In this document: positions 1 through 12,779 of the stretch, one piece after another | How the letters are laid out: every line of letters starts with the position of its first letter | Position numbering within the stretch: position 1 is the stretch's first letter | Assembly (NCBI RefSeq): GCF_001447785.1 | Contig: NW_015167130.1 | Coordinates: 23,973 to 86,120, forward strand | DNA from: Gekko japonicus | Taxonomy: Eukaryota | Direction: 5' to 3' | Length of the DNA: 62,148 nt | The notes under the pieces: model-generated | Seen by the model: only the letters and a program-made list of their open reading frames with translations | What the model was told of the DNA's origin: nothing | Databases searched by the model: none | Made by a program: the position numbers and the translations under genes

Positions 1-1190
1 CTCCCGGAAGGATGAACTGTCGGCACACAAGGGCTGTGTGCTGTGGGGAGGCCGGGTGGTGGTCCCTTTTCCCCTCCGAGACCGGGTACTCACAGCGTTA
101 CACGAGGCCCATCCAGGCGTGGTGCGGATGAAGGCTTTGGCCCGGAGTTATGTGTGGTGGCCCGGCCTCGATCAGGACATTGAGAAACNNNNNNNNNNNN
201 NNNNNNNNNNNNNNNNNNNNNNNNNNNNNNNNNNNNNNNNNNNNNNNNNNNNNNNNNNNNNNNNNNNNNNNNNNNNNNNNNNNNNNNNNNNNNNNNNNNN
301 NNNNNNNTCCAGGGACAGATCTTCTTCATCCTGGTCGACGCGCACAGCAAGTGGCTCGAAGTGGTGCCAGTGCCATCAACATCCTCGAAGGCGGCCATCG
401 TTGCAATGCGCCGTATCTTCAGCTCCCATGGCCTCNNNNNNNNNNNNNNNNNNNNNNNNNNNNNNNNNNNNNNNNNNNNNNNNNNNNNNNNNNNNNNNNN
501 NNNNNNNNNNNNNNNNNNNNNNNNNNNNNNNNNNNNNNNNNNNNNNNNNNNNNNNNNNNNNNNNNNNNNNNNNNNNNNNNNNNNNNNNNNNNNNNNNNCT
601 GGGACTACAAGCTGGCGGTGTTCCTGTTCGGCCAACGTACAACCCCGCACACGGAGACCGGCCTCAGCCCGGCGGAACTCCTGATGGGTCGCCGCCTAAC
701 CTCCCGGCTGGATCGCCTGCACCCAGACAGGGCACCCGAGGTAGAGCCGACGACGGAATCACACGCTGCCGCCAGGGGGTTCTTCCCGGAAGACCCCGTC
801 TACGCCCGGAACTACGCCCAGGGCCCACCCTGGATTCCAGCGCGAGTGGTACGGGTGCGAGGACCTCGATCATACGAGGTATCCTGTGAGGATGGCCAAC
901 TGCTCCACCGCCACATCGATCAGCTGCGGCGCCGGGTCCTCTCGGACGATCCCGTGGACCTGGAGCCCACCGAGCCAGGCGAAGAGTCAGCCACCGAGCC
1001 AGCGCGACAGGTCCCAGACTCCGTCCCTGTCCAGGCCAACCCAGAGCCTCCGGAGCTGCCACTACCAACGCCACAACCAACCTCCCCGCCCCGGGCTCCC
1101 GAGGTACATCCGACAGGCGCCCCGGAACCACGCCGCTCCACAAGGACTCGGATACCCCCAACACACCTACAGGACTTTGTGTGCGGGTAG
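1..1190 (+). mobile_element. Ty3/Gypsy LTR retrotransposon pol 3' end (integrase), interrupted by two N gaps
   Basis: Zinc-finger start LHEAHPG...SYVWWPG, core ILVDAHSKWLEV...IFSSHGL, then RTTPHTETGLSPAELLMGR and a proline-rich tail ending LQDFVCG* at 1190. N runs at 189-307 and 436-598. Confidence 0.9.
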
Positions 1191-1200
1191 CCTGGACTAT

Positions 1201-1520
1201 GGGGGGAGGGGTGTAATGTATCCGCCATTACCACGTGCGCGACTGTTGGGCCATGCGGTCAAGCACAAGCCCAGAGCTTCGTCCCTGCAGAACAATAGCG
1301 GAGCGGATCCTAGCCCGCACCAACCAGAGGGCCAGGTCCGCGGCCGAGAGCCAATGGGACTCTCAGCCACTGTAAATAACCTATAGGGTCACTAGGGGGT
1401 GTGTTTTGGTGGTGGGTTTCTGAGCATATATACCGGCCTGCGTGCCGGGGTTTCTCGTCTTTGTTCTTCACTAATAAAGTACTCTTTGCTGAATCACTCC
1501 ACGTTCCGAGTACTTTTTAT
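1201..1520 (+). mobile_element. Polypurine tract and 3' LTR of the Gypsy element
   Basis: PPT GGGGGGAGGGG at 1201-1211 is followed directly by TGTAATG (LTR start 1212). TATA-like CATATATA at ~1425 and AATAAA at 1473-1478. Right end is approximate. Confidence 0.75.
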
Positions 1521-1847
1521 GATGTTTTAATGTAATCGTAGTGTAGGATTTGTAGTCCCTAAATGTATACACTCCTCGTGATGAGCCCCTTTCAGGATAG
1601 TACACAGAATGTATGCAAAGCAGTAATGATTTTATTTTGCTTCCTATTTTGGCTTGGTATGTTTCTGGATGGATTTACTGTAAATCTCACAGTTCTTGGA
1701 ATGTCTGCATTGTTTCCCCTTCCCTTCTCCCTTGCTCGGTATGAAGGTCAGGCAATGTTTTCCCTTCCCCCTCCCTCCTCCCTCATCTCCTCTCTGGGTC
1801 TTTGGGCAGCTCCTGCTTTGGGGCCTCAGGAGTCACACAATGTATCC

Positions 1848-2268
1848 AAGGGGTGTCGAACTCATTTGTTATGAGGGCCAGATCTAACATAAATGAGAAC
1901 TTCTTGGGCCGGGCCATATGTGTCATAAAATGTAATGCCAGGTAGCGGACATATAAACTTTATAAAGGACAAAAACACAAAAGTTTTTTTTTAACTTAAC
2001 ATATAAGCATGCTTAAAACATTAGCTCTGTAAACTGCAAACCTACTTTTGATTTATTGACATTCACCACAGAAATCTCATGCTCAGAGTTCTGAGTCTAG
2101 GACCATGTTAAAACATGAAATGGCTGAGTGATTAAGAGAGCCTGGAGAAGCAAGCTGTAATGCAGCAGCAGCAGAACTGGAAGCAGGAGATGGCCAGTTC
2201 CACAACGGGTCTGATGGAAGCCCTTCGGGGCCTGATCTGGCCCCCAGGCCACATGACTGACACCCCGC
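1848..2268. mobile_element. Non-autonomous hAT-type DNA transposon (MITE)
   Basis: Terminal inverted repeats AGGGGTGTC...GACACCCC flanked by the 8-bp direct repeat TGTATCCA (1841-1848 / 2269-2276). Confidence 0.6.
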
Positions 2269-3496
2269 TGTATCCATTGGGGTAGCCAGGTGCAATTCTT
2301 CTGCAGCCCCCCCCCACATTTCCCAGGCATTGGCTGGCAGTTGTTGCCTGCGGTCCCCACGAGAAACTTATGCGGAAGAGGCACTCCTCCCACTTTTGCT
2401 TTCCTCTCCTCCCTATGTTGTCAAAGTTTCCTCCTCTGTCTTTCTGCATGCACCCTTACCTTCCAATCTTCCCTCACATCCTCTTCTCCTCTCGCCCCTT
2501 CTTTCTCCCTCTGCTCTTTCCCTCCCCCAACAGACAATCCCCTATTATTTCTCTCTTTCTCTCCCCCCTCTCAGGGAACCCCATGTCTTTCTGTTTCTCT
2601 CCCTTCACAGCCATGCAGGCCAGAAAACATCCCCATTTGAGAGTGGGTATCTCCCACATGGATATGGTAGGGGGAGACAGGTAGTGATAACGCAGGCTTC
2701 AACTACTCAGGCTTTGGCTGACTGGCTACTGGGCGAACTTGGAAAGCAGCAGCAGAGGGTAGGCAGGCTGACTCCCAGAGGGGTGCCACTGCTGCCACCA
2801 CCCCGGCACCTTTGCCCCCTTCACCTGCTCACCCTCCCTCCCTCCCTCCCTCCCTCCCCAGGGGCCTCCACTGGTTCCCTTCCCCCTGCAGACCAGTGCT
2901 CAAACCAGCCGCTGGCAGCTGAAGCCACATTCTGCATTGATGGTGGTCCTGGTGGCAGCAGGGATGGGTCTTGCAGTGGCGTTTCCAGCATCCCAGTGGA
3001 TGGTTATTGGTATGACAGTCATTGGCATGGCAGCTTCCCTCACACCTCTGTCTTTTTCTGGCAGTCTCAGCAGCGGGGTCAGTTATTGCTGTGATAGCTT
3101 CCCTTGGGGCCTCAATAAGTCTGTTCTCTGCCTTACTGAGCAATTTTACTTTTGGGGTGATTTAAGTATCCCCTGTATACTTTCAAAAAATGTTACATTT
3201 TTCTGCACAACTGGGGAGTTCTCCGAGTTTGCAGAAAAGTCTCTTTACCCTCGTCCCCCCTATCTATGGAAATAAGTATCTGCACATGGGGGCATGTTGG
3301 AAATTAGATATATAGATTGTGTACGAGAATCTTAAAATGTCTTTTTGTGTGATCACCTGTAGACCTAGGACCAACATTAAGAAATCAAAATCCAAAAAGT
3401 CTCAGAGGTTCCTTAAACCAAAATAGTAATTGATCAGAATCAGATATGTGTTACCACTGAAACTCTTCATTCTTTTCCTTTCCTTTCCTTTTTTAG

Positions 3497-4398
3497 ATAT
3501 GGAAGACTGTATCAAATGCCGGGAAGATCAATATCCAAACAAGGACAAAGATCAATGTGTTCTCAAGACAATCAGCTTTCTCTCTTATAAAGAACCCATA
3601 GGGATCAGTTTAGCTTCAGTTGCACTTTCTTTTTCCCTGATCACAGTGTTGGTGCTGGGATTTTTTATTAAGCACAGAGATACCCCTATCATCAAAGCCA
3701 ACAATCGGGATATCACCTATACTCTTCTTATCTCTCTCCTGATCTGCTTTCTTTCTTCTTTTCTGTTCCTTGGACAACCTACCAAGGTGTCCTGTTTCCT
3801 CCAACAATCTGCTTTTGGCATCATCTTCTCAGTGGCTGTTTCTTGTGTGCTGGCTAAAACCATCACTGTGGTAGTAGCTTTCATGGCCACCAAGCCACGG
3901 TCCAGCATGAGGAAATGGGTGGGGAAAAAACTGTCCAACTCTGTCATCCTTCTTTGCTCCCTTATTCAAGCAGGCATATGTGTGTTGTGGCTCGGAACCT
4001 CTCCCCCATACCCAGATTTAGAAATGGAGTCCCTGAATACACAAATGGTAGCACAATGTAATGAAGGGTCTGCCATCATGTTTTATAGTGTTTTGGGCTA
4101 CTTGGGGCTTCTGTCCCTCGTCAGCTTGACTGTGGCTTTCCTGGCCCGGAAGCTTCCAGATACGTTTAATGAGGCCAAATTTATCACCTTCAGCATGCTG
4201 ATGTTTTGCAGCGTTTGGCTATGTTTTGTCCCAACCTATCTGAGCACCAAAGGGAAATATATGGTAGCAGTGGAGGTCTTCTCTATCTTGGCTTCCAGTG
4301 CTGGGTTACTCGTTTGTATTTTTTCCCCTAAATGCTACATAATTTTGTTGAGGCCTGAGATGAATAAAAGAAAACAGTTATTACGAAGAGTAAATTAA
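3497..4398 (+). CDS. V2R: V2R gene A, terminal exon 6 (end of cysteine-rich domain plus 7TM); upstream exons not in the window
   Basis: Polypyrimidine tract and AG acceptor at 3495-3496. The 902-bp exon is open: DMEDCIKC...TPIIKANN...LAKTITV...[16 protein letters not shown]...PKCYII, stop at 4398. Confidence 0.9.
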
Positions 4399-5064
4399 GG
4401 AATTAAAAGTATTTGCACAGAGCCCCTGCTTTCTCTTTCTGGCCACCAAAAGGAAATACCTGGTACACGTTGAGATCTTCTGAATTTCATCTGTCACTGC
4501 TAGGTTACTGGCTTTTATATTTCCTCCAAATCGTGCATCATTCTGCTGTGACCTGAACAAAGCAAGGGAGAACATACACACATGATGCCACCCATGAGGA
4601 GCAACATAGGGATAGCAGCACCCAACTGTGTCCTTCCAGACCAGGCACAGCGTTTCTGGCATGGAGCAACACATTGATTCTGCCAATAACCTGTGCTGCC
4701 ATTGGGTTAGTGTGGTTTATCAATAATGTTGTTGTGCCTCATTTCTTTCCATCTTGGTATTTGCCCCTTCATTAGGGGAGGAGACATAGAGGAGAGAGAA
4801 TGTAGGGCTCCTTACCAGGCATTCTTTTGGCCTCCCAGAATATCCCTGGGAATTAGGATCACAGTTGCAAGTCCATGAATTACGGATTCTCATTTGGTGA
4901 CTACACAAGATGGGGCCTTTTAAATGGCATCTCAACCATTATGATTAGGGTAAGCAGCCTCCAGGTCCAGGCAGGGCTTCCAATCTGCTCCTGGCCAGCT
5001 AGCCCCTGGGGAAAGCCCTTTAAATATAGCAGGAGGGAGGGAGAGTGACCGTCATGGGTTGCAC

Positions 5065-5614
5065 TGTTGGCTCACAAAAAGACCCTGGGGAAAATCAGGC
5101 CCATGTACCACAGACCCAACCCCACTCTCAAAAAGACCCTTTAAAAGGTCTTCTTGTGAGCCGAGTGTGCAGCCCGCAACATCCCCTCTCACTCCCTCCT
5201 ATTAGGTTTAAAGGTCCCTCCAGGTGATCAATCCAGGACAGAAGATTGGACCCTCTGTGCCACAATGAAGTGTTGGCAGCCCCACCACCCTGTTTTCCCC
5301 AGAGCACAGGAGTTGTTGATGCTACAGGGAAAGCCCCCCCCTCACCAAGTGCCATTCCCCCAGCAGAAACTGGCCCTCAAAAGTATGCAGACAGAGCCAG
5401 CCTCCAAGTCCCCCCCATGTGTGACCATCAAAGAGGCCCCCCTACTGCTGACCGATGGGATAGGTTTATGGCCGAAAGTGCCAGAATCCCATCCAGCCCC
5501 TCTGCTTTCCCTGGTTGCCTTCAATAAAGTTTTACCAGTGTGCTAATTCCTGGCCTTGGTGTCTGTTGCGGGCTCTGGGCTGAGGGTGTGGACGGATGGT
5601 TTGTGGGAGCAACA
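5065..5614 (+). mobile_element. Probable solo LTR
   Basis: Ends TGTTG...CAACA with longer imperfect inverted termini, and AATAAA at ~5523. TSD unclear. Confidence 0.45.
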
Positions 5615-5934
5615 AGGACATCAACAGAATGGGGGGGGGCATCCCAACACAATACTGTCCACACAGCAGCATGCAGAGGTAGGTGCGTAGCCCAAAGGCA
5701 CTGCTTTACTCATGGGTAGCCCTAAATAACGGGGCAACCCTCCTCTAACCTGGATCAGAGACCCACAAAGTCAGACCAAAGAAGGCACTCTTGGCCTGAA
5801 ACACAGAGCTAGCCAACAGCTCTGCAAATGGGTTTCCATTTTCATGTTGATCAAGGCAGCCCTCAAAGCAGTCGCCAGTCTTCCCCTTCCACCCAGCAAC
5901 GGTATGCATATGAAACAATGTCGAGTTCCACCAG

Positions 5935-6379
5935 GGCCCCGGTCATACGAGTGGGAAAATCCGCACTGGAAGGGAGGCATTTTAAAGGCGGAGCTAAAAG
6001 AAGCACAGACGTGCAATCTTACGGTCCCCCGCGGCTCTGTCCTCAGGCCGTTGGCAGCCAATCACACAAGGGAGGCAACAGCATGGTCCCAGCGAAGCAA
6101 CACGGCAGTACTATGTTACTGCACATGCACGGGTCGCGGACAGCTGTTCGATACCATGGGCTACCGGCGCGTCTCCGATCAGACACCCGCCCATGACGCT
6201 CATTTACCAGAAACTACTACCTTTTCCCCAGTGCCTTTTAAATTCGCTTCTTCAGGCCGATGGTACGGGTTGGAGACGGGTGCGCTACGCTTCCTAGATG
6301 TTGCCGTATGATCGCGCCCATTTGATGCACCCTCAATCCATCTGTTTCGTGGGGCAAATCCTTCCGTGTGACCAGGGCC
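5935..6379. mobile_element. PIF/Harbinger-like MITE
   Basis: TIRs GGCCCCGGTCATACG / CGTGTGACCAGGGCC with 3-bp TSD CAG. Paralogous copy at ~24811-25255. Confidence 0.65.
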
Positions 6380-6415
6380 CAGGAAAAGTATCTGCATTTC
6401 TAAATGCTATTCAGA

Positions 6416-6778
6416 GGCCCCTGCCACACGGCAGGGAAAACACTGGACAAAGTGTGGCTTTTAAAAGCCGCACCAAAAAAGAGATGTCGCGGCCGTTGCT
6501 CCCCGGCACGATCAGATGCCGGGGAGGAAGAGACGATTGGGAGGGGGAGGCTGCCGAACTGCGCATGCTCGATTCCACGGCCGGCAGTGATGTGGCCTTT
6601 TGGAAAGAACCGCCTAGGTAGGTGGTTCTTTTTTGCTGCGGGGTTTGGCCGGGTGGGGTGGATTGGGAACGGGCTGGGAACAGGCGCAGCATGATTCCCA
6701 GATGTTGGGATCACGCCCGTTTGCTGCGGCCCCGATCCGTCCCTCTCCCGGCCTAAAACGTCTCGTGTGAACAGGGCC
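6416..6778. mobile_element. PIF/Harbinger-like MITE (its copy-2 paralogue hosts the L1)
   Basis: TIRs GGCCCCTGCCACACG / CGTGTGAACAGGGCC with 3-bp TSD AGA. Confidence 0.6.
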
Positions 6779-7107
6779 AGAGTCCACCTGATGAATAGCC
6801 CTTCAGAACTTCACCTAGCCCTTTTTGTGTGATACCTGTTCTTATAATTCCACTTAATTTCATTGGACTTACTTCTGAATCAGCCTATTTAGGAATACAG
6901 TCCACAAAAATGAAATATGTCCTTGTGCATCATCAAACTGAAGGCTAGCTCTTGGGCTCTAACTTTGCTATTGGTGTTTGCTCACCAGGGACGTCTGAAA
7001 GCCAGAGGCAAGTTTGAACCACTTAGGAGCTGAGGAAACTTGTTGGATCAGATGGGGAGGGGGGGGGAAACCCATATTTGATACAAACGTTGCTACTAAG
7101 CGCTCAA

Positions 7108-7199
7108 ACTCTGTAGACATAATTATTTCCCACTGGAATTAACAGAATTGCTGTAATTTATCAAACTGGCCAAAATTGTGGTGGTGTTTCAGAAAGCAC
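7108..7199 (+). promoter_or_regulatory. Conserved upstream block of V2R gene B (TAATTA homeodomain-type site)
   Basis: Aligns with 31645-31736 (gene C) and with the reverse complement of 56903-57000 (divergent gene D). Confidence 0.5.
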
Positions 7200-7882
7200 A
7201 AAAAAAATAAAGGAACATGTTTAATAGTGATTACTACAACCCCTGTGTGCAATTGATAGCTGTTCAAAGGGACTGCATCAGTTGGATCATGAGTTTATTG
7301 CTTTGCTAGACTAGAAATCAGAGTGTTGACACTGCTGCAGACATTCTGAAACTCTGCAATAGGGAGATGGAAACATGTACTCCCCTTTAAGTAACTTAAG
7401 CGGACTTAGCCACTCTCCAAGGGAGCTTGAGTAAGACAGCATAATGCTACAGATAGACATGGAGAGGTTGGATCCTGAAACGAGCATTTCCGTCCAAATG
7501 TCGGAGCTAGTGGTGTTGCTGGTGCTTCTGCCTTGCATTGCATGCAAAGTAGATACAATGGCATGCTCCAGAGAGGAGATCCATATTCCTCATGAATGGT
7601 ACCAACCAGGGGATTTCCTCATTGGTGGGATTGTTTCTCAATTCAGCTACCACGTACACGAACAAAAGTTTGACAATGATTTTCCTCAAGAGACGTTTGA
7701 ATTCACAGAGTAATTATATATTTTTTCTCCTCAATTTTATTTTGAATCTAATCCCCAAAAAACTGAGATATGTAACGAACAGCATATAGAACTGATCCAT
7801 GCCAGTACATAACTTTTTCTTTTTCTTTCTGAATCTTATTAATTTCTATTTGCAGCAGTACATATGGGTTTTCTTCTCCCGC

Positions 7883-8152
7883 GTGTGTGTGTATGTGTGT
7901 AAAATACTGTCAAGTCTCAGCTGACGTATAGCAACCCCAACAAGGGGCTTTTAAGGCAAGTGAAAAGCAGAGGTGGTTTCCCTATGGCTGCCAGGTGGAA
8001 GGTCTCCAGGTCCCACCTGGAGGCTGGCAACCCTAGGTTTTCCATTGCCTTCCTCTGCAGATGGTGGCCTTTCGTGGTCTCCCTTCCAAGCACCGAGCCT
8101 GCTTAACTTTCAAGATCTTACAAGATTGGTACGTAATATGTTGCCTCCCCAC
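7883..8152 (-). mobile_element. 5S rRNA-derived SINE with a small nested MITE (paralogue ~32418-32690)
   Basis: Reverse complement contains the 5S-like AAGCAGG...CTTGGAAGGGAGACC and the family tail GGCAATGG-AAACC...CTTGCCTT...ACACAC. Confidence 0.6.
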
Positions 8153-9032
8153 CCTTCTTCTCCTATACTGAAAAATGTGTATATTGTGGTGAGCAAAGAG
8201 CAGGGCAAGAGTTAGAAATTTGTTTGCTTATTTGCTTGCTTTTAATTGACTACATTTCCATACAGTGAGATAGGAATATGCCTAATTTAGAAAACTGGAA
8301 GTCAGGGAAACTGGAGTGGGGGGGAAATATATATACCCTTCAGTATTCCAGTGCATATGACATTGGGAAATAATTGTGGAAATCACAATGAAATCGCAAA
8401 CAGAGCTGTGTACAGAGTTTACAATGGGGCACTTTAAAAAAGACTGTTCAGACTGATAAAGGTGGGTTCTGAGGTAGGACAACGCAGAAAGCATAGGAGT
8501 TGGGGAAATTGCTACTGCTAGTACCGAAAAAATGTTGTTGAAACTGCCCTACAGATTACCAAGTGTTGCAATTGAATGCACTGGGAAAAGAGAGTAGAGA
8601 AAGACTAGGCCCCATGCTTGTTTCACATGATATAAGGAAAGGTTTTTAGACAGGATATGTGCTTGCCCTTTGGGTTACTCTTGGCTTCCAACAATATTAC
8701 AAGAATACATTGCACACAGTGGTTCTTGCTGTGTCTTTTTAATGAAGTTATTCCTTGCTTAAAAGATGGTCTAGTCATTCCCTTTTGCAAATGTGTACTT
8801 CTCTGTTACTTTCTGATAGACTCTGTGCTCTGGCCTTCATAATAGTTGCAACATGCAATTTTCTGCTTTTCCGCCTCTTTTCAATCCTCCTCCCCTCTCT
8901 TGGTCTCTATACCTCCGTCAGATTTTTGTTTCTTCATTGTATGGTTTAGCATCAGACTCAAGCAATCTTGAAAAATAGAGATTTTAATAACAAATTTGAT
9001 GTAATCGTTTTAAGTGTAAGCAACATTTTTTC

Positions 9033-9208
9033 GGGGAGGGAAGGAAGCATGGTATGGCCAGAAGCTAAGCAGGACCGGTACTTGGAAGGGAGACCAACCA
9101 GGACAGCACTGTGGAAGAAGGCAATGGAAAAACTCCTCTGCTTCTCCCTCAAAAGGGCTTGGCTGGGGTTGCTCCAGCTTGGTTGCTATTTAACACTTTG
9201 CACACACA
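9033..9208 (+). mobile_element. 5S rRNA-derived SINE (paralogue ~33366-33545)
   Basis: GAAGCTAAGCAGG...GTACTTGGAAGGGAGACC matches 5S box A and box C, followed by the family tail. Confidence 0.65.
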
Positions 9209-9769
9209 TGTTTAATGTATTTTTGATTTTGAACATTTCATTGTTATTACAATAAGAAGAAAACAATGTGTCTGATATGTAGAGAGTAAAACCATTCACC
9301 CCATGTGGTATATGTTGCTTCCTTCTCGGTGTGGCACAACCCAAAAGTAGGTGGCACTTTGAGATTTCACTTCTATGGTGGCATCTGCTTTCAGGGGACT
9401 AGAATTAATTCAAGAGAGGTATGAAGTGGGCAAGTAAGTTGTTTGTTGTAATTCTTGGATGGGGGAAAGAAAGTATTGGCTGTCTTTGGGAAAATAGATC
9501 AAACTGTCAAGTAGTAACATGATGAATAAGCCAAATATATCAATAATGTTTCACAGAGAAAAGTATGGACACCACAACCTTACTTTCATGTGAAGGATCA
9601 TTGGTTGAGACCTTCTCCCACAATTTTACACACACTGGTTCTATAAATAGGATTAATCTGGCCCAAAGGCCTCAGTAAGAAAGGAGATTGGCTCAGTGTA
9701 ACCATATGTGAGTTGAGGCATCTAAGCTCATTGATTTACTAGGGTGTAGCTCTACTTATTTATTTAGTA

Positions 9770-10107
9770 GGGTGGCTCAAGTAGTTAAGACGCTGAACTG
9801 CAGATCGGAAGATTGGTAGTTTAGCAGTTCGAGACCTGAGTGCTGCAAGATGGAGTGAGCTCCCGTCTCTGGTCCCAGCTCCTGCCAACCTAGCAGTTTG
9901 AAAGCAAGAAATTGCAGGTAGATAGATACCACTTTGGTGGGAAGGCAACAGTGTTCCGTGCTCCTTGGCATCCAGTCATGCCAGCCACATGACCACAGAA
10001 ATGTCTCTGGACAGAACTGGCTCTTTGGCTTGGAAACCGAGATCAGCACCGCATCCCTAGAGTTGAATTCCACTGGCTTTCGAGCAAGGGAAACCTTTTC
10101 CTTTACC
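9770..10107 (+). mobile_element. Sauria-type tRNA SINE (paralogue ~34125-34477)
   Basis: A/B boxes TGGCTCAAGTAG and GTTCGAGACC, body CCAGCTCCTGCCAACCTAGCAG, and ACCTTT-like tail. Confidence 0.75.
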
Positions 10108-10239
10108 CAGCTCTACTTCAGGTTGTCCTCTGAAGCATTTTGCCCACAAGTCAGTCAATAAGAAAACACTTACTGCCGTTACTCCAACCTGGTTCTGCAT
10201 TTATAATCCTGCCCTATGAAGGGATGTCCCCTATCATAC

Positions 10240-10440
10240 ATAAGCCTAGATCATCAACCTCTGACTTGCTGGGGCTCAGTTTCAGCTTGTTTTCCCTAAG
10301 CCACTCATCTGTGGCATTCAAATACTGGCGATTGACAGGGGAAGCCATTTCTGGGGTTTGATGAGGAAAAAATATACAATTAGGTGTCATTGGCATCCTT
10401 AATGTCAACACCCAACCCTGAATCAATGGATGACCTCATT
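10240..10440 (-). mobile_element. Degenerate L2/CR1-group LINE reverse-transcriptase fragment
   Basis: Minus strand encodes a degenerate ANDT*LY motif and [15 protein letters not shown]. Confidence 0.55.
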
Positions 10441-12371
10441 CAGTGTTCTAACGCATATTGAGAATTATTAGGGCTGAAGAAAGAGAAATTGTTCCCCCCC
10501 AACACACACACCTCAGAAAACGCGTTAACATGGAAGTGTATTCTTACAGTGATGTAATTTATTTAAAAGCTCAATATATTTAGAAATGTCCTTGCGTGAT
10601 TTGGTGAAAGAAGCATTTAATTCTCTTTGAAGAATGATAACAAAGTTTTACCAGCACCCCTTGGCCTTGGCCTTTGCTGTCAACGAGATCAACATGGATT
10701 CCAAAATCTTGTCCAATGTCACACTCGGGTTCCAGATCTATGACACATACAAACAATGATGATAAGATGACCTTCCGCTCCACTCTGGATCTGCTCTATA
10801 AATCCCATAGATATGTTCTGAATTATGGATGTGACACGCACAAAAACCTGATGGCTGTCGTGGGGGGACTTGGTTCTGATGTCTCCTTCCACATGGTGGA
10901 CATTCTAAGTCTCTATAAAATTCCACAGGTAGGCTGTGTGCATGGAATAATGAGAGATTTTGACATGAAATTACTGGGAATGGCTCAAAAGCACAGATCT
11001 GTCTATCATCTATCTAGGTGAAAAATTGTTTAGAATGCAAAGAAATAAAATCAGATGGAAACTTGTTCTGAAGTGGGAGATGGTGTTGTGGTGGAAATGC
11101 AATGCAAGGTGCTTTTATAGATACTTCCCCATAACCGTTACTCAGAAATTGCCCCATATTCCCATTTTCAGAACATTCAGGGGTAAACAGGCACTTGAAA
11201 ATGCATCTGAAATTTCTCTTTTTGTTTCCTTAGCTCACATATGGGTCATTTTCTCAAGTGGAGAGGGGCAACTCAAAGTCCCCTTCCTTCTATTGCATGG
11301 TTCCCAGTGAAGCCCATCAGTATGTGGGGCTCATTCAATTACTTCAGCGCTTTGGATGGACATGGGTTGGGCTCTTTGCTGTGAATGACGATAGTGGAGA
11401 ACATTTCATTCACGAAATGGAGCCATTGCTTTTCCAACATGGAATTTGTCTGGCCTTTGCAGAAACAATGATAAACCAAGGCCACTGGAATAATGTCGGG
11501 GATGCTATAGATTTATTTTCAAATGTTTATCCAGCTTTGGTAGACAGCAAAGCCAATACATTTATCCTCTATGGAGAAACTATGACCATTATTGCATTGA
11601 CCACATTTCTATACCTAGGTAATCATGATTTACTGGAAAACACTTCATTTGGAAGGGTGTGGATTATGACAGCCCAGGCTGATTTTGCATTAGGGGCCCT
11701 TCAAAGGACCTGGAGTCTTGAATTCTTCCAGGGTTCAATTTTCTTCTCAATTCACTCACAAGAGCTTGTAGGGTTCCAGAAGTTTCTTCAAAGCATAAAC
11801 CCTTATTGGACACAAGGAGATGGATTTCTCAAGGATTTCTGGGAACAAGCATTTGACTGTCCTCTAAATTCCCAAGACTCATCTCAGATTCATGGAACTT
11901 GTACTGGGAAAGAGAAGCTGGAGAGTCTTTCTGGGCCTGTTTTTGAGATGCAGATGACTGGCCACAGCTACAGCATCTATAATGCAGTCTATGCCATAGC
12001 CTATGCTCTGCATGTCATGTGCAAATCCATGCTGGGTGTCTGCAAAATCAAAGGCCTTCAACATCTCCAGCCTTGGCAGGTAACATCGTCCCAATGTAAT
12101 GTCTTATTTCTGTGAACATGTAACTACCTTGTGAGCATTCCTCCACCTTTCTCCAACATGTATAGTTATTGAAAGGATGTACTGATGGCCACAAGGAAAT
12201 ATGCCTTCATCAGCAGAGTGACTGCTCAGAAGTGACCACACAAACTGATTAAAGTTTAAAAAAAAAAAAAAAAGCTTTCTTCAGGAAATAACTTAGTAGA
12301 CAGTAAAGAGAAGAGACAGAGTGACACTCATATGCACATGAAAAATGCCAAAACAAAAAAAAAGATGGACC

Positions 12372-12779
12372 CAGGGCTTTTTTAATAGAAAAAGCCCAGC
12401 AGAAACTCATTAGCATATTAGGCCATACCTCATGCCTTCCCTTGGCTTGCCCGAATGCCCCATTGCTGCGGGGGACCGGAGCAAGCCCCTCTTTGAAGGG
12501 AAAGGAAGACAGTTTAAATTGCCTTCCCTTGGCTTGCCTGGGAGCCCTGCGGTTGTGTGGAGCCCAGGCAAGCCGGCCCTTGGACAGGTCTGGTAAAGCA
12601 TGGGTATTCATTTAAATGCCTCCCTGATCCTGCTAGGGGCCCCCTGGTCCACCCACCTCAGAGTCACCAGGGGGGTCGCTCTCCAGGCATTCTCTCTGTA
12701 GCCCCACATGCAGAGGTTTTGGCTGTCTGAAGCCAGACGGAATTCTGTTCCTGTACATTTCTGTCCAAAAATAGTCCTG
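12372..12779. mobile_element. Non-autonomous hAT element in intron 3 (paralogue 36686-37100)
   Basis: TIRs CAGGGCTTTTT / AAAATAGTCCTG with 8-bp TSD GATGGACC / GATGAACC. Confidence 0.7.

Noticed and set aside
189-598. N runs as a biological feature
   Set aside because: Assembly gaps or masking within a multicopy element.
2330-3275. 254-aa and hydrophobic 112-aa ORFs upstream of exon A
   Set aside because: Low-complexity, no recognisable domain, and not preserved in the paralogue at 22089-22975.
3616-3947. Antisense ORFs recurring over every 7TM exon
   Set aside because: Shadow ORFs from the codon bias of hydrophobic sense sequence.
5828-6311. 122-aa and 155-aa ORFs conserved in both copies
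   Set aside because: They overlap a GC-rich MITE, and conservation reflects the recent duplication.
9033-9208. 5S rRNA-like sequence as a real rRNA gene
   Set aside because: Internally deleted, diverged and fused to a SINE tail, with many dispersed copies.
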